Numbered from the stretch's first letter, positions 1 to 11,842 are shown. The stretch: DNA of 64,000 nt from Bispira polyomma (GCA_965649765.1 OZ287751.1:18104001-18168000); one strand, 5' to 3'. Program-made: numbers and translations. Notes: a model not told the origin generated them from the sequence alone.

Positions 1-879
1 ATTGACTTTGAGTCATGCTCCTTAATCTATATCATTAATTTAAGGTGGCCTTGACTTTTTTACTATTTGGTAATGTTACAGTATTGTATATATAGTGAGT
101 AGATCTAACATAGCAAAAATCTAATATGCCCAAATGATAGCATTTTTACTCTGCCAACTACCTTAATGTCAAAACTTCAGGTGAGGCACTAAAAAGGTCA
201 TTGAAGATCAAATATGTAATTTTTAGTTTTAATAGCACACATAGGTCTACAAAAGAGCTGCTGGAAGAAGTATTTAGTTCTGGATGTAGCAACAAACTTT
301 AAAATGCAGTAGAACACATGTCTAAATTCTAGAATGTACTGGACAGGAGGCCGCCATATTGAAAGTACTTCTTCCTACTGTCACGGCATGAGGGTTTAGT
401 GTATATCCTTGTGTGCCAAAATCTGACATGGCCGCACCCTGTTCAGTAAACTCTAGAACTGTTCCAAAACCTTTATTATCTCAACAACTTTCAGTATCCA
501 AATATTTAATTTTGATGGAGCCAATTTTAACTATTCCAAATGTATGTTTTTTAATTGTTTTATACTAAAATGGCTATTTTATACATATCTTCTATTATTA
601 TGTGAACCCCAAATCTTGCACTCTCAACATATGTTCAGATGGTAGCAAATTCCACTGTATTTTGGGCATTTAAACAAGAAGTTAAAGCCCAATTTAAGCT
701 ATGCAACTAATGCAACCTTCCCTTGACGTAATAAATTTTTTCTGATGATATAAACTTCCACTGTTTTTCAGCATTTCAACATATGTGGCATGGAGTGGTT
801 AGTGATTAAATCTGGCCGTTGTGATATGACCTAAGCTGTTGAAAGTGAGGTTAAAAACTAAATTCCAAATACAACATAC

Positions 880-1050
880 CCTGAACACGGTATGTAATTG
901 TGACATGTCATGCTGAGCAAAGAGATGAAGACACAACAGTGCGATGTTGTACACTGCCAGAATACACAGGAGTTTGAAGACCACAATCCCTTGTTGACTG
1001 AGCCAATAGCTTTTATAGATATCTTCTATATCTGCCTCTCGGAATTCTTT
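880..1050 (-). CDS. Adenylate cyclase (ADCY8-like), coding exon 3: pre-TM1 helix and first TM segment; gene continues past the left edge
   Basis: Acceptor tttgtctttcag, donor AGG|gtatgt, 171 nt, phase 0-0. Encodes KEFREADIEDIYKSYWLSQQGIVVFKLLCILAVYNIALLCLHLFAQHDMSQLHTVFR. This resembles the N-terminal F..x.E..Y..Y..Q motif of membrane ACs (recalled ADCY8: FKSRDLERLYQRYFLGQRR...LTLLVLHL). No catalytic domain lies in the window, so the isoform is uncertain. Confidence 0.75.
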
Positions 1051-1344
1051 CTGAAAGACAAAAAATAAAACACAAACATGAGAGTTTGATTTTACACTTG
1101 TGAAAAATAATGTTCACCCTTCTTTTTGTGGAAACTCCAAAAGTGTATTTCACCAGATTCCACATAATATCTTTCGTGGAATATGTTTAAGATTGAGTTT
1201 TAGCAACACAAAAAAAACATATAAAATATCCACATTATAAGTACTGACATATACCACTAAAGTACTATAAAAGTGTACCAAGTAAGAGTTATATGGCCAG
1301 AATATACACCACAGTCCCAGAAAGCGAAACACAAGTTCCTAGGT

Positions 1345-1480
1345 CTACCCCTCTGCCTGGACCCACTCCAACATTTATGGATATTTTCTTGACCCGTGCC
1401 TCATCCCTCCACCAAATTTCATGTCAAACTGTTCAACAAAACAATGAACACAGGTGAAAACATAACCTCCTTTGCAAAGA
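1345..1480 (+). mobile_element. Degenerate end of a HINE/Helentron-like non-autonomous element
   Basis: ttcttgacccgtgcctcatccctccaccaaatttcatg...gaaaacataacctcc; related copies at about 59275-59460 (+) and about 43100-43260 (-). Confidence 0.45.
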
Positions 1481-3111
1481 TACAAACTATAGCTGTCAAG
1501 TTTTTTGGAGATACAGTTAAATATTTTTTTTAAAACACCATGTTTGAGAGAGAAAGAGCTTTCATTTGAGGTAATTAATTGGAGGTTTTAGAGAATGTAA
1601 AAACAATCACAGGTTTTAATACATACAAGTAGCAAATATCTAGCTTTAAAAATAACGAAGACATAAAAAATTATATAGTTTCTGCAGCTTTACCCCGAGA
1701 GCCCTCAATTTATGGCTGCTGCAATGTTATAATCTCCTCATCCTTAATACCCCCCTTAACCTTTCCATTAAGATTTATTTTTTCTACTCTACTTGGTCAC
1801 AGTTGGTATCCATTATATCTACTCTATTGTTATAACTCATATAGTTTATTGGGATCATTACTTCCCTAAAGCTTGCTAATGGAGCCTCTCAGCACATCCT
1901 TTGTTGCTGTATAGTGGGCACTGTATGACATTTGTAGTTTGACTAATTAAGCGAATTATATGGCTGATGTTTCTGGGTCTGACCTTGTATTAGATTAACT
2001 AAATTAATTATTACTAATGTTGTTGTTTTTTTCTTATTATGACCCTATATCAGACGCCCTACTTGTTTATATGTAAAATTGTGTACCATGCTGGTTCGCG
2101 CTCACATACAACACCTCTGCCTAAAAAATTACACTGGCTACCCCTATTACAATGAGTTCCCTATTACATTCAAGATAAATGTCCATGTGCAGCAACCTGC
2201 CTACTTTAACTACAGCAAAAGAAATCTTTTTCGTTCATCTTTCTACACAAAGAACATTTTTATACACCGGGTGATATGTATTCCATACATACAACAAAAC
2301 CAGTTGTATTAAAAGTAGAACAATTAATGGATAGATGCACATATTATCAGTGAAACTTTCTTTTTCTAAACAACATACAAAAGTCAATAAAGCTCACAAT
2401 ATATAAATTTAAATTTGACCTTTTGTAACAAAAGTTTGTACTTAATTTAGTTCTGTACATACATGTTTACACACATATTATACAGTTGAGTTGGTATAAC
2501 CTAATATCACCCATCAAGAGACCAGCAAAATTACCTCTATTCAAGCTGGATTTTCACTTAACAGGATAATTTCAAAAGGAAGTGCTTTTGTTGGACTCAT
2601 CACCATTAAACATTACTTTGTCTCTTTTTTTGGCAGAAAATTTTTATTTTAGAAACTGTATACATGACAAACCCTAAAAATGCACACTATTTAAATTATT
2701 CAATTATTGAAAGATAATTTACTTACATTATATGAGAAAAATGTAATCATTTGGCATTAATGTGTGCTTTCTAAGTTCTTCACAGCTCACCAGTGGACTG
2801 CCGGCAGTAGCAGATCACCTCCATTGTGTGTTATTTCTCTTAATGATCTTTAATGATCCTAGATTATGTTTGAAACATTGGACATCCATGTACGATGGTT
2901 TGCAACCTAACTTTGGTTATCTTTCACACTCACAAACCCCCCCGCAAGACCTTTGCAAGACCTTAGTAATACCAATCCTTGCAAATCTGAACTGGTTGCC
3001 CATATTCGCCGACTGGTCTTACGATGATCCTGTGACTGGTCGCACGATAATCGGCCACCAAATTTTTGTGTGACTGCCACTTACAATTGAATAATTGTTC
3101 TTTAATGTTCC

Positions 3112-4106
3112 TGGTTTACTATGGCCATATTAAACAACCCAAAACTCTATATAGATTTGTTTAGGTTTCAAAACCTTCCATTATGACGTCACAATGCAAA
3201 TCTTATAGCCAAAAAGTTGTTACCATAAAAAAATAACTTTAAATATGCATTTATAAAGCACTAAAAATCGAGATTAAAATACCAGTGTGTACTTAGACAA
3301 TCTTTACTTAGACAATCTTTAAAAGATCTTGTCTCTGTATGACAGGAACTTTAATAAGATGTGGTGACCTGCTCCCGAGTTGGTTGGTGCCGAGTTTGTT
3401 TCGACCCTCATTCATTGAACTGTGTATATAGACCTTACCCTAATGGAGACAATAGACCACTGGCTGGTCCTTCTCTCTTCTCCACTAACAAAATGCACAG
3501 CCTTTGTGGACATCCGTCTCAGCATCTGCATCCTGCTTATGGCTGGTAGAGGACCTTCTTCTACCTCTTCTACCTCTTTTACAGGATCTACACTTTCACC
3601 ATTGTCCAGTTGTATGGAGACTCTGCTGGTTTCCCTCTGAAAATGGTAAGAAATACTTGTTTGTATTTATACTTTTTTATATTGTATTGACTCTGCCGGG
3701 TGCCTCTGAAAATGGTAATAAATAGTGTTTGTATTTTTTTTTTTTTAATCCAATGTGACGTGAGTATGACGTTTTCGTGGCTGATACGGGCCGGGTGATT
3801 CAATTCACTGTATCACCCAGCGTCCGTGAATGTGTATATAAAAACTGCAGTAATTTCAGTTTTATGCAATATTTCGAATAGAAAGTTTATAAAAGCTGTG
3901 GCTAATACAAAATATGGACCTTAAAGTACACACTGGTATTTTAATCTCGATTTTTAGTGCTTTATAAATGCATATTTAAAGTTATTTTTTTATGGTAACA
4001 ACTTTTTGGCTATAAGATTTGCATTGTGACGTCATAATGGAAGGTTTTGAAACCTAAACAAATCTATATAGAGTTTTGGGTTGTTTAATATGGCCATAGT
4101 AAACCA
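3112..4106. repeat. Perfect 183-bp inverted repeat (arms 3112-3294 and 3924-4106) enclosing AC exon 2
   Basis: The arms read as exact reverse complements by eye: tggtttactatggcc...gtgtgtactt / aagtacacac...ggccatagtaaacca. Confidence 0.95.
3439..3636 (-). CDS. Adenylate cyclase coding exon 2 (cytosolic N-terminus)
   Basis: Acceptor cttaccattttcag, donor AGG|gtaagg, 198 nt, phase 0-0, open frame RETSRVSIQLDNGESVDPVKEVEEVEEGPLPAISRMQMLRRMSTKAVHFVSGEERRTSQWSIVSIR. It joins exon 3 in frame. Confidence 0.75.
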
Positions 4107-4505
4107 ATTAAGTAATCCCTAGACTGTTTAAAAATTTTAGACTTGTATAAATTATAAGCATTATGCAATGATATTGCATACAAAACTCGATTTGAAGTGC
4201 CTCATAAGTTTGTATTTAAAGCTAATTGTTTAAGGTGCCAAGTCAGTTTGTAATCTATAATTTGCCGTGAATTTCAATATTTTGGGGCTCTTTGCGATTG
4301 TCTTGTGTTATATTTTGTAAGCATAATAATTATATACAGTATTATCAGTGGATAATAAATATAAAACAACCCTAGTGGTGTATATTAAACATTTATATGA
4401 CTCAATAAGATAAAACGCACAATACTCGCCCTACCGGGCTCCTATTGTACTGATTATCTTCTTTCGTCATATTTTTTTTTAATATACACCAATCGGGTAA
4501 TTTTA
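3740..4505. mobile_element. Probable non-autonomous DNA element(s) interrupting the 55-bp array; ends in an imperfect hairpin (about 4365-4505)
   Basis: It separates homologous repeat units (3620-3735 versus 4506-5157). Hairpin ggtgtatattaaa...atatgac / gtcatat...tttaatatacacc has a central gccctaccgggc. A similar hairpin lies at about 53135-53288. Confidence 0.5.
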
Positions 4506-5157
4506 CTATTGTATTAACTCTGGTGGTGTCCCTATGTAAATGGTATTAAATACTTTGTTTATATTGTATTGACTCTGGTGTTGTCCCTCTAAAAATGGTG
4601 TTAAATACTTTGTTTATATTGTATTGACTCTGGTGGTGTCCCTATGCAAATGGTATTAAATACTTTGTTTATATTGTATTGACTCTGGTGGTGTCCTTAT
4701 GCAAATGGTATTAAATACTTTGTTTATATTGTATTGACTCTGGTGTTGTCCCTCTAAAAATGGTGTTAAATACTTTGTTTGTATTGTATTGATTCTGGTG
4801 TTGTCGCTCTGAAAATGGTAATAAATACTTTGTATTGTATTGACTTTGCTGATGTCCTTCTGAAATTGATAATAAATACTTGTTTATATTGTATTGTATT
4901 GACTCAATCTGCAAGCGTCCCTCTGAAAATGGTAATTAATACTTTGTATTGTATTGACTCTGCAGGTGTCCCTCTGAAAGTGGTAATAAATACTTGTTTA
5001 TATTGTACTGTATTGACTCACTCTGCAAGTGTCCCTCTGAAAACGGTAATAATTAATTTGTTTGTATTGTAAATACTTGTTAATATTGTACTCTATTGAC
5101 TCACTCTGCAGGTGTCCCTCTGAAAATGGTAATAATTAGTTTGTTTGTATTGTATTG
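4506..5157. repeat. Minisatellite, 55-bp unit, about 11 copies, homologous to the exon-2 intron/exon junction
   Basis: gactctgg (gattctgg at 4791) recurs at 4571, 4626, 4681, 4736 and 4791. Consensus gactctggtggtgtccctctgaaaatggtaataaatactttgtttatattgtatt matches 3619-3690. Confidence 0.92.
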
Positions 5158-6994
5158 AAAATTATACTCACCAAATTTATTTCTACCCTATATATTGTAC
5201 TCAAACCACTACTTTATATTGACCCCCAACAGCTAAGCACCATCACTTAACTATTATTTCCCTACCTGAAGAGAGGCTTGGGGTGGCCATTTATTTCAAC
5301 TGTCCCAATTAAGTGAGAGAGGACCACCATTTTCAGTGGTCAGCTGCTTGTACCTGGTCACCCTAGATTAGGATCAAACCCAGGTCCTCTGTGTTCCTAA
5401 GAAGTGAAATCTCATTACCTACTTCGATTACAGATATTTTCTTTCTTTTAATTTGATTAAAGTTCTATCATTTCAAGTTAGATGATAAAATATTCATTTA
5501 GTACAGAGTTAGTGCAGGGAAAATTAAGTTCTGTTGAAAAAAGGTAATACAGCATGTAGAAATACATTTTCTATAAACGTTTAACATTAATATGTATATT
5601 TAACTTTCGAAAGGGTTGGGTGAAATAAAAGTAAGACTTATTAAGTGGGGTTTCGAGAATAGCTATTTACTTACTTTTATATATCTTGGTGCTATGCAGA
5701 AATTGACAATATAAAGTACAGCATTTTTACTTACTTGGATTTTGAGTAAAACTTAAGTAGTGGATTTTTGAGAAAACCAAATCTAAATAAACTTTATCAA
5801 GTCGAAAATTACACTTACTTACCAAAGTAAGTAAAAAAAAAATCATTTCTTTGAGAACACCGCCCTAGATGTTTAAAAATTGCATACTATTGTACATTTT
5901 GTTTCAGTGATTTATTCATTGAGTCTAAGTATCAGTACTTTGCTTGACAAATACAAAGACTAGTTCTGTATCTTAAACACATCGGTTGACAACAAGTGGA
6001 TTACCCTATTCTGTCATCCACCTTATAAGCTTTATTGACCATCACATTTATACTCGTATGTTTATATCTATTCTATCTTGTATCCCTGTTTTAGGAACTG
6101 CTGTTTTGGCAGTAAAATACTCTGTGAAATCTTACTCAACCAAGTTTTTTGTTTTAGTTTTGACTATTGGTGTTAGCTGTACAGTTTGCTCATACATGTA
6201 CCTGTAATGTCTAAAGTACCTATAATTCCACCTGATGTGTCTCTACAGGCGATTATAAGGACACACAAGGGATATATTGTAAAAAAAAAATCAGACAATA
6301 GTAAACTGCAAAACTGAGCTGTAACTACGTATCCAAATGTGTCTGTCGCCAGTTTACTCAGTGACACACATAAAGTGATAATTGTTTTTTCTATACATAG
6401 CAAGGGTGTGCTGATGACGTTTTAAGGTTGACTTCGTCTTGACAGACAAAAGCCTACGAACTAAATACGGTATTTCCTTATATAGTCTTCACAAATGTAA
6501 ACACTGAGCACAAATACAAGGAGCATTATCACAAAGTAGGCCAGATCTTTATAAAAGTCATAATAAGTAAACAATCTTTTGATAGTTTATAACTAGATGA
6601 AGTGGTACTTTGATGGTAATGGGTAGAAAGTTGTGAAGATAAGATGCTGTTTGGACTGCGCATTTTATACTGGGACTAAGTCATGTATTTGAAGTATTAT
6701 TGGATTTAAGCTCAAAATTAATACATAAAATATTATAGTTTTCCCTTTTACACTTTCAACATGTTTATGTCTTAAAAATAATAAAGTTTAAAAAAAAAAA
6801 CAAGCTTTATGACTTTCAGTTCAATATGACAGATGTTAGGAATGTGAGTCAAAGGGGGATTTGAACTCCGAATCTGTGGCAAAATACAAGGAAAAAATTG
6901 ATTTTACTTCTAGGAATAGTTGTTTTATGCAACAAAGGTTGATCACTAAAAAAAAAGTTAATGGTTGCATTGATGGTGTCACTTATACTAAAGT

Positions 6995-7248
6995 TGAATT
7001 TGAATTTGGATATTTAACGTCCACTCTAGTACCTTTAGTAGGTTATATTGGGACGGGTAGTTGAAAACGCTGGAGGAAACACTGCATACAGTCGGTCAAG
7101 GTTCTGCAGAGAAACCAGCAGCCCACAGTAAGGAACTACCACCTTTCCCACATAGGCATCGATGGGATTCGAACTCACGCCGCCCAGAGGTGAGAGACCA
7201 GTGATTGTGAAGCGCAGTGCTTGCTAACCACTAGGCCACCGCAGCCCC
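6995..7248 (-). mobile_element. tRNA-derived SINE (Meta/MESC-like core), full length with 15-bp TSD
   Basis: Minus strand has A box tggcctagtgg, B box gagttcgaatcc and a (caaatt)n tail. TSD cacttatactaaagt at 6980-6994 and 7249-7263. Near-identical copies at 23.6 kb and 56.2 kb. Confidence 0.9.
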
Positions 7249-8800
7249 CACTTATACTAAAGTGCTGATATTATTCTAAAATGTCTTCTTAATGCAAATT
7301 AATCGCTGACCTTTAATTACACAGTGTTAATCAACCCCATTGAATACTGTACTTTGTATATAGTCGCTCATGCTATAACGTTTTTCAAATGTGAGTGTTA
7401 ACTAAATCACTTTTACTCTCCAGGTATAGTAGTAAATGTGACAGTAAGCATATAAAATATCCCAAAGTCTCATTTTATATATGTCTACTAAGCCAATGGA
7501 ATACTTAATGGAAGAACCAGGTGTGGCCCTTAATAAGTCACATATACATATACAAATGATATGTTAGTAAATATTCACAATGCAGTGTTTGGCTATAGAA
7601 AGGGGGAACCTATTGTAGCTTACCTGTATTCCATTACACTCTACTGAAGTCATTATTAGTAGTGCTGCTTTATCTTTCAGCCACAACAAAACAAACTGCT
7701 CTTTTATTAATCATGTAGTCATTGGAGTATGAACAAGGGGAATGTTACCATTAAGAAGAAATCCTAATTGGTGAGAAGATGACAAAGTGAAAATGTGGTG
7801 CGAGAAAAGTAGATATTTGGCTTACTATTAAAGAACACCTTCAAGTCAAACCGTAAGGGACCAGGAAAAAATACCTTTATACATAAGCACTTTCAATCAG
7901 GACTTCTACTAAACACTGACAGTAGAGATTTTAACAGAAAAGGCTCTTTTAGGGACTAAAAATTTTTCATGACAAAACTTGGAAATTAACTTTATTTTTA
8001 AGGGCAGTTAACACGACCCAACTTACTGCATGCGATTAAGTTGCATGAGACTTCTTCTGATGTCCTTTATCTTGTCGCACAGGTTTAGGGCACTGTTCGA
8101 AGTCCCTGCAATAGTTATGCGAGACAAAAAGTTGCATAAAACTCACGGTTCACACCTTGCAACTTCGTTTCCTGCAATTAATCGCAAGTTTTACTTCAAA
8201 GGATACAACTATTAGAAGTGACTACCACGTAAGGCAGACCAGTTAAGAATTTTTGGGATGCTGTACTGGTATATGAGAAGCTATGATAAAAAATAGTTAT
8301 CAGAGATTCCGAAAAAAACCCTCAGCCTTTGGGTGAAATAAGACCATGATCTTGCTCAACTAAACCCCTCAAGAAACATTTGTAACCAAGTATGAACTTC
8401 CTCTGCCTCAAGCTTTCGTATAAACCTTGGCAGCTGCCACCTGTGCCGGATCCCTAATCAGATAAAAACAATACCCCATAGCTTATGTACAGACTGTGGG
8501 GCAAAAAATAACTTTTTGATTTTGTAAACAGATGGCAAAAACTAGATAGACTAATCAGAATCAGACAACTTGAGCACTAAAAAGCTTATTAGGGCATCAA
8601 AGAGTTTCATTTAATGGTATTTATATAGAGGGGGTTAGGTTTCAGATATGGTCTCTGTCAGTACTTTTTGTAAAATAATATAACTAGGTGTTAAATTCAA
8701 AATATAACATCTATACAAGACTTTGCATTAGGTCAGTTATATCCAATAATATCCACACTAATTGGTTGTAACGCTTTGTACTTATACTTAATGTAGCAAT

Positions 8801-9251
8801 CACACTATCAAGATCTTGGCCACGTTTATGCCAGATTGTCTCAGATTGTTAGAACATGGCTGATTGGAAGATAATCAGTGAAAAGGCTCATTTGCATATT
8901 ATTAAACAGATCACGCCCAGGATAATGGATATACCCAGCTTATGGCCACTTTATGCCCATTTTATGCCCAGTATATGCCAGTGTTTATCAGACCTCACTC
9001 AGTTTTTGCCCAGATCATACCAGATCATCACACAATTACTCCAGATTACACCAGTCCTGTCTAGACCACACAATTTTTGACAAGTTTATGCCCACATTAT
9101 GCTCCGACCTATCCAGTTCTCTCCAGATGTGAGTTTTCGAGCTGTCCAACCAGGGAAGTTTCGCACATGTTCAAAATTTCCAACTCTTGTTTACACGAGA
9201 TCTTAAAATCGGGAGTAACCATGCTCCATAGATTGTGAAAGTGTGAATGCT
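8801..9251 (+). mobile_element. Degenerate copy of the 'tttatgccc' MITE family (see 31643-32128)
   Basis: cacact... start and ...gtgtgaatgc end; internal tttatgcccag, catttgcata and acatgttcaaaa are shared with the other copies. Confidence 0.7.
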
Positions 9252-9352
9252 ACATAAGTTCTAACAAGTATCAGAACATTGGGTTTCAGTTATGGAGACG
9301 TTTGGCTTCTACTGGTTCCAGTTATACAGAGTCTACAATGTATTTGTTTTAC

Positions 9353-9460
9353 CTGAGAAGAGCATTCATCTCCATCTCCCATCAGTGGTTCATATTCCTG
9401 AGTTGAGGCCTCAAATCTCACTGCTTTAGCTTTTTTGGCTTTTGTGTTTGTACTTTCCAT
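9353..9460 (-). CDS. Adenylate cyclase first coding exon (candidate)
   Basis: aaaaATG with an in-frame TAA just upstream. Encodes MESTNTKAKKAKAVRFEASTQEYEPLMGDGDECSSQ, then CAG|gtaaaa. 108 nt, phase 0, compatible with exon 2. Confidence 0.6.
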
Positions 9461-10347
9461 TTTTATTTATTAAAATGTTACATGCAAGCAATAAAAGCCC
9501 ATCATATCAATCAGCCATTATCTATCTAAATTCATTCTTCCTGGGGGAAAACGTTAAATGTTGTAGACAGGAAAGGCATACAATGTTAAAGAAAAACAAA
9601 TAGCAACCAATCTTTGCAATAGTATTTCCTTTTTCATATATGTATATTTTTGTTACATTAACAAATTAGGCATTATATAACATTTGATTTTCACACACAA
9701 AAGTAAAACAACTTCTAAAGCACACAAACCATTTTGAACATATCTCAAAAGGCCTTTATAACAATTTTATTGTTAGTACTTATAACAACTTCCTTATATT
9801 CCTTTTTAGTAAAGGTATGCTCTGCAAAATATACTCCATAAGTTTATTTAACTAAAGAGTATTATTATTATAATATCACATATATCAAATTTTGGCCTCT
9901 GACAGGTTTTGTTAATGTATAAAGTATCACTGTCAGTCTCATGTTGGTGAGTGTTTAGATTCTAAAGGTTATGATTATTGGCTTGGTGGTGATTTACAGC
10001 TTTTCACTTCCTAGTACTAAACACACTGATTACATTAATAACTCTTCACTAGATTTCTAATGTGGTTTTGTATTTTTTTTCTGTTTGATCAAGAGAGATA
10101 AGACACTGTTAGTCACTGTGCAGTTTAAATGAAAAATTAACCAATAAAAAAAAACAAAAAAACATCATTGTGTCAACGATTGGAAATTGTACAAGTTGAA
10201 GGGTGAAATGACAGTATATAATTTCTGCATACAATTACAATAAAAAAGATATGTTTTTCACAGTTAAATAAATAGACAAACACAAACACAGACTGGCCTG
10301 TGACTAATAAAAACTATACATTATCATGTGGACATCTAATGTGACAG

Positions 10348-11215
10348 GCACACTGTCCCAGTTCTCGCTACGTTTATACCAGATTACTCCTGATCATTAG
10401 AACTTGGCGGGACGGGAGGGAATGGGGGCAAAAGGTTCATTTGTATTTGCATATATTTGCATCTCTCATTTATTCTCTGTTTAGCCCCGTTTATGCTCAG
10501 GATATGCCCAATTTTGACCATATTTCACCAGTTTATGACAAATTTATGCCCAGATTAGATCTAAGCAGTTCATCACACGTTTATGTAACGTTTGCTCCAG
10601 TTTACACCAAATTACACCACTTCGGGCCAGATCACACAAATTCTAATATGGCAGTCACACTGTCCAAGTCGTCGCCACGTTTAAATCAGTTCACTCCCGA
10701 TCGTTAGCTGGTCGGGAGAGACAGGCAGGAAAATGTCCATTTGCATTTGCACATATTTGCGTCCCCCATTTATGCCCCGTTTAGCCTTGTTTATGCCCAG
10801 GATATGCTCAGTTATGACCAGATCTTACCAGTTTATGACCAATTTATGCCCACACCTGACCAGATCTAAGCAGTTTATCACACGTTCCTGTAACATTTGC
10901 TCCAGATTACTCCAGGTCTGGCCAGATCACACAAGTTCTAAGCAGTTTAAGCCCTGTTTACACAGGTTCTGAGCAGTTGAGGCCCTGTTTATGCCCCGAC
11001 CACAGCCCTCTTCTCCAGTTCTCTCAAGATGTGCTTTCAGAGCCGACCACACACCGAAGTTTTAAACATGTTCAAAATTTCTGGATCTGCCTAAGGTTTT
11101 TGCTGATCTCACCCTTTTATGCCCAGTTTATGCCAAGATGAGAGATGTTTACTCCAGCTCACACAAGTTCTCAGAACGAGACTCCAATGGTCCCGAGAAC
11201 GTGGACAGTGTGAAG
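10348..11215 (+). mobile_element. Two tandem copies (partial plus near-complete) of the 'tttatgccc' MITE
   Basis: cacactgtcc starts at about 10349 and 10657, and ggacagtgtgaa ends at about 11214. Internal agcagtttaagccc repeats. Confidence 0.8.
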
Positions 11216-11256
11216 CAGTTTAAGCCCAGTTTACACAAGTCATTAGCAGTTTAAGC

Positions 11257-11520
11257 ACCCTAGAAGTCGGTCCTCTGACTTTTATTTTTGACACTCTAAA
11301 CACATTTCCATAGCACAGTCATCAATAATCACAATGTTAAACACCACATGTATGCTGATGACACTCAAGTCGATCTTTTTCTCAACCCTCACAATGCCCC
11401 ACCTCAATCTTGATCTACTAGCTGACTGTCTATTATTTGTCCAGGATTGGATGCATTACTCCATATTGATATTAAATTCCGAAAAAAACTAAAGTTATTC
11501 TCATTGGTAGCAAGATATCC
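11257..11520 (+). pseudogene. L2 LINE reverse transcriptase fragment
   Basis: caccacatgtatgctgatgacactcaagtc encodes HHMYADDTQV; homologous to about 16265-16500 but frameshifted. Confidence 0.8.
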
Positions 11521-11842
11521 AGTTAGGCCAAAGTGTTCTACGAATGTATTCCAAGAAATAATTTTTTTTTGTATCCCCATACATATTAAAGCTCCACATT
11601 TATGATTTCAATTGAACAACTGTCAACAGGTTTATTGGGAAGATTTCCATTTGGCTTTACAAAAAGTATACACTATGGATAATTCCCTATCTTGTTCATA
11701 TGTGGAAACACACAGGTAATATAATGATTTATGGCAACATATTTCATTCTTTACAAATTAAAAAAAAATAATTATCAACTATAAATGGAATACACAAATA
11801 TTTGTTATACACTGCATAATTTGATCATTGTAAATCGCTTAC

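Noticed and set aside
4506-5157. CRISPR-like appearance of the regular repeats, and ORFs 4711-4914 and 4779-5072
   Set aside because: The units are fully tandem with no unique spacers, the context is eukaryotic and there are no cas genes. The ORFs are repeat translations.
7150-7248. tRNA gene
   Set aside because: The A/B boxes belong to a SINE head with a core, tail and TSD; no complete cloverleaf is evident.
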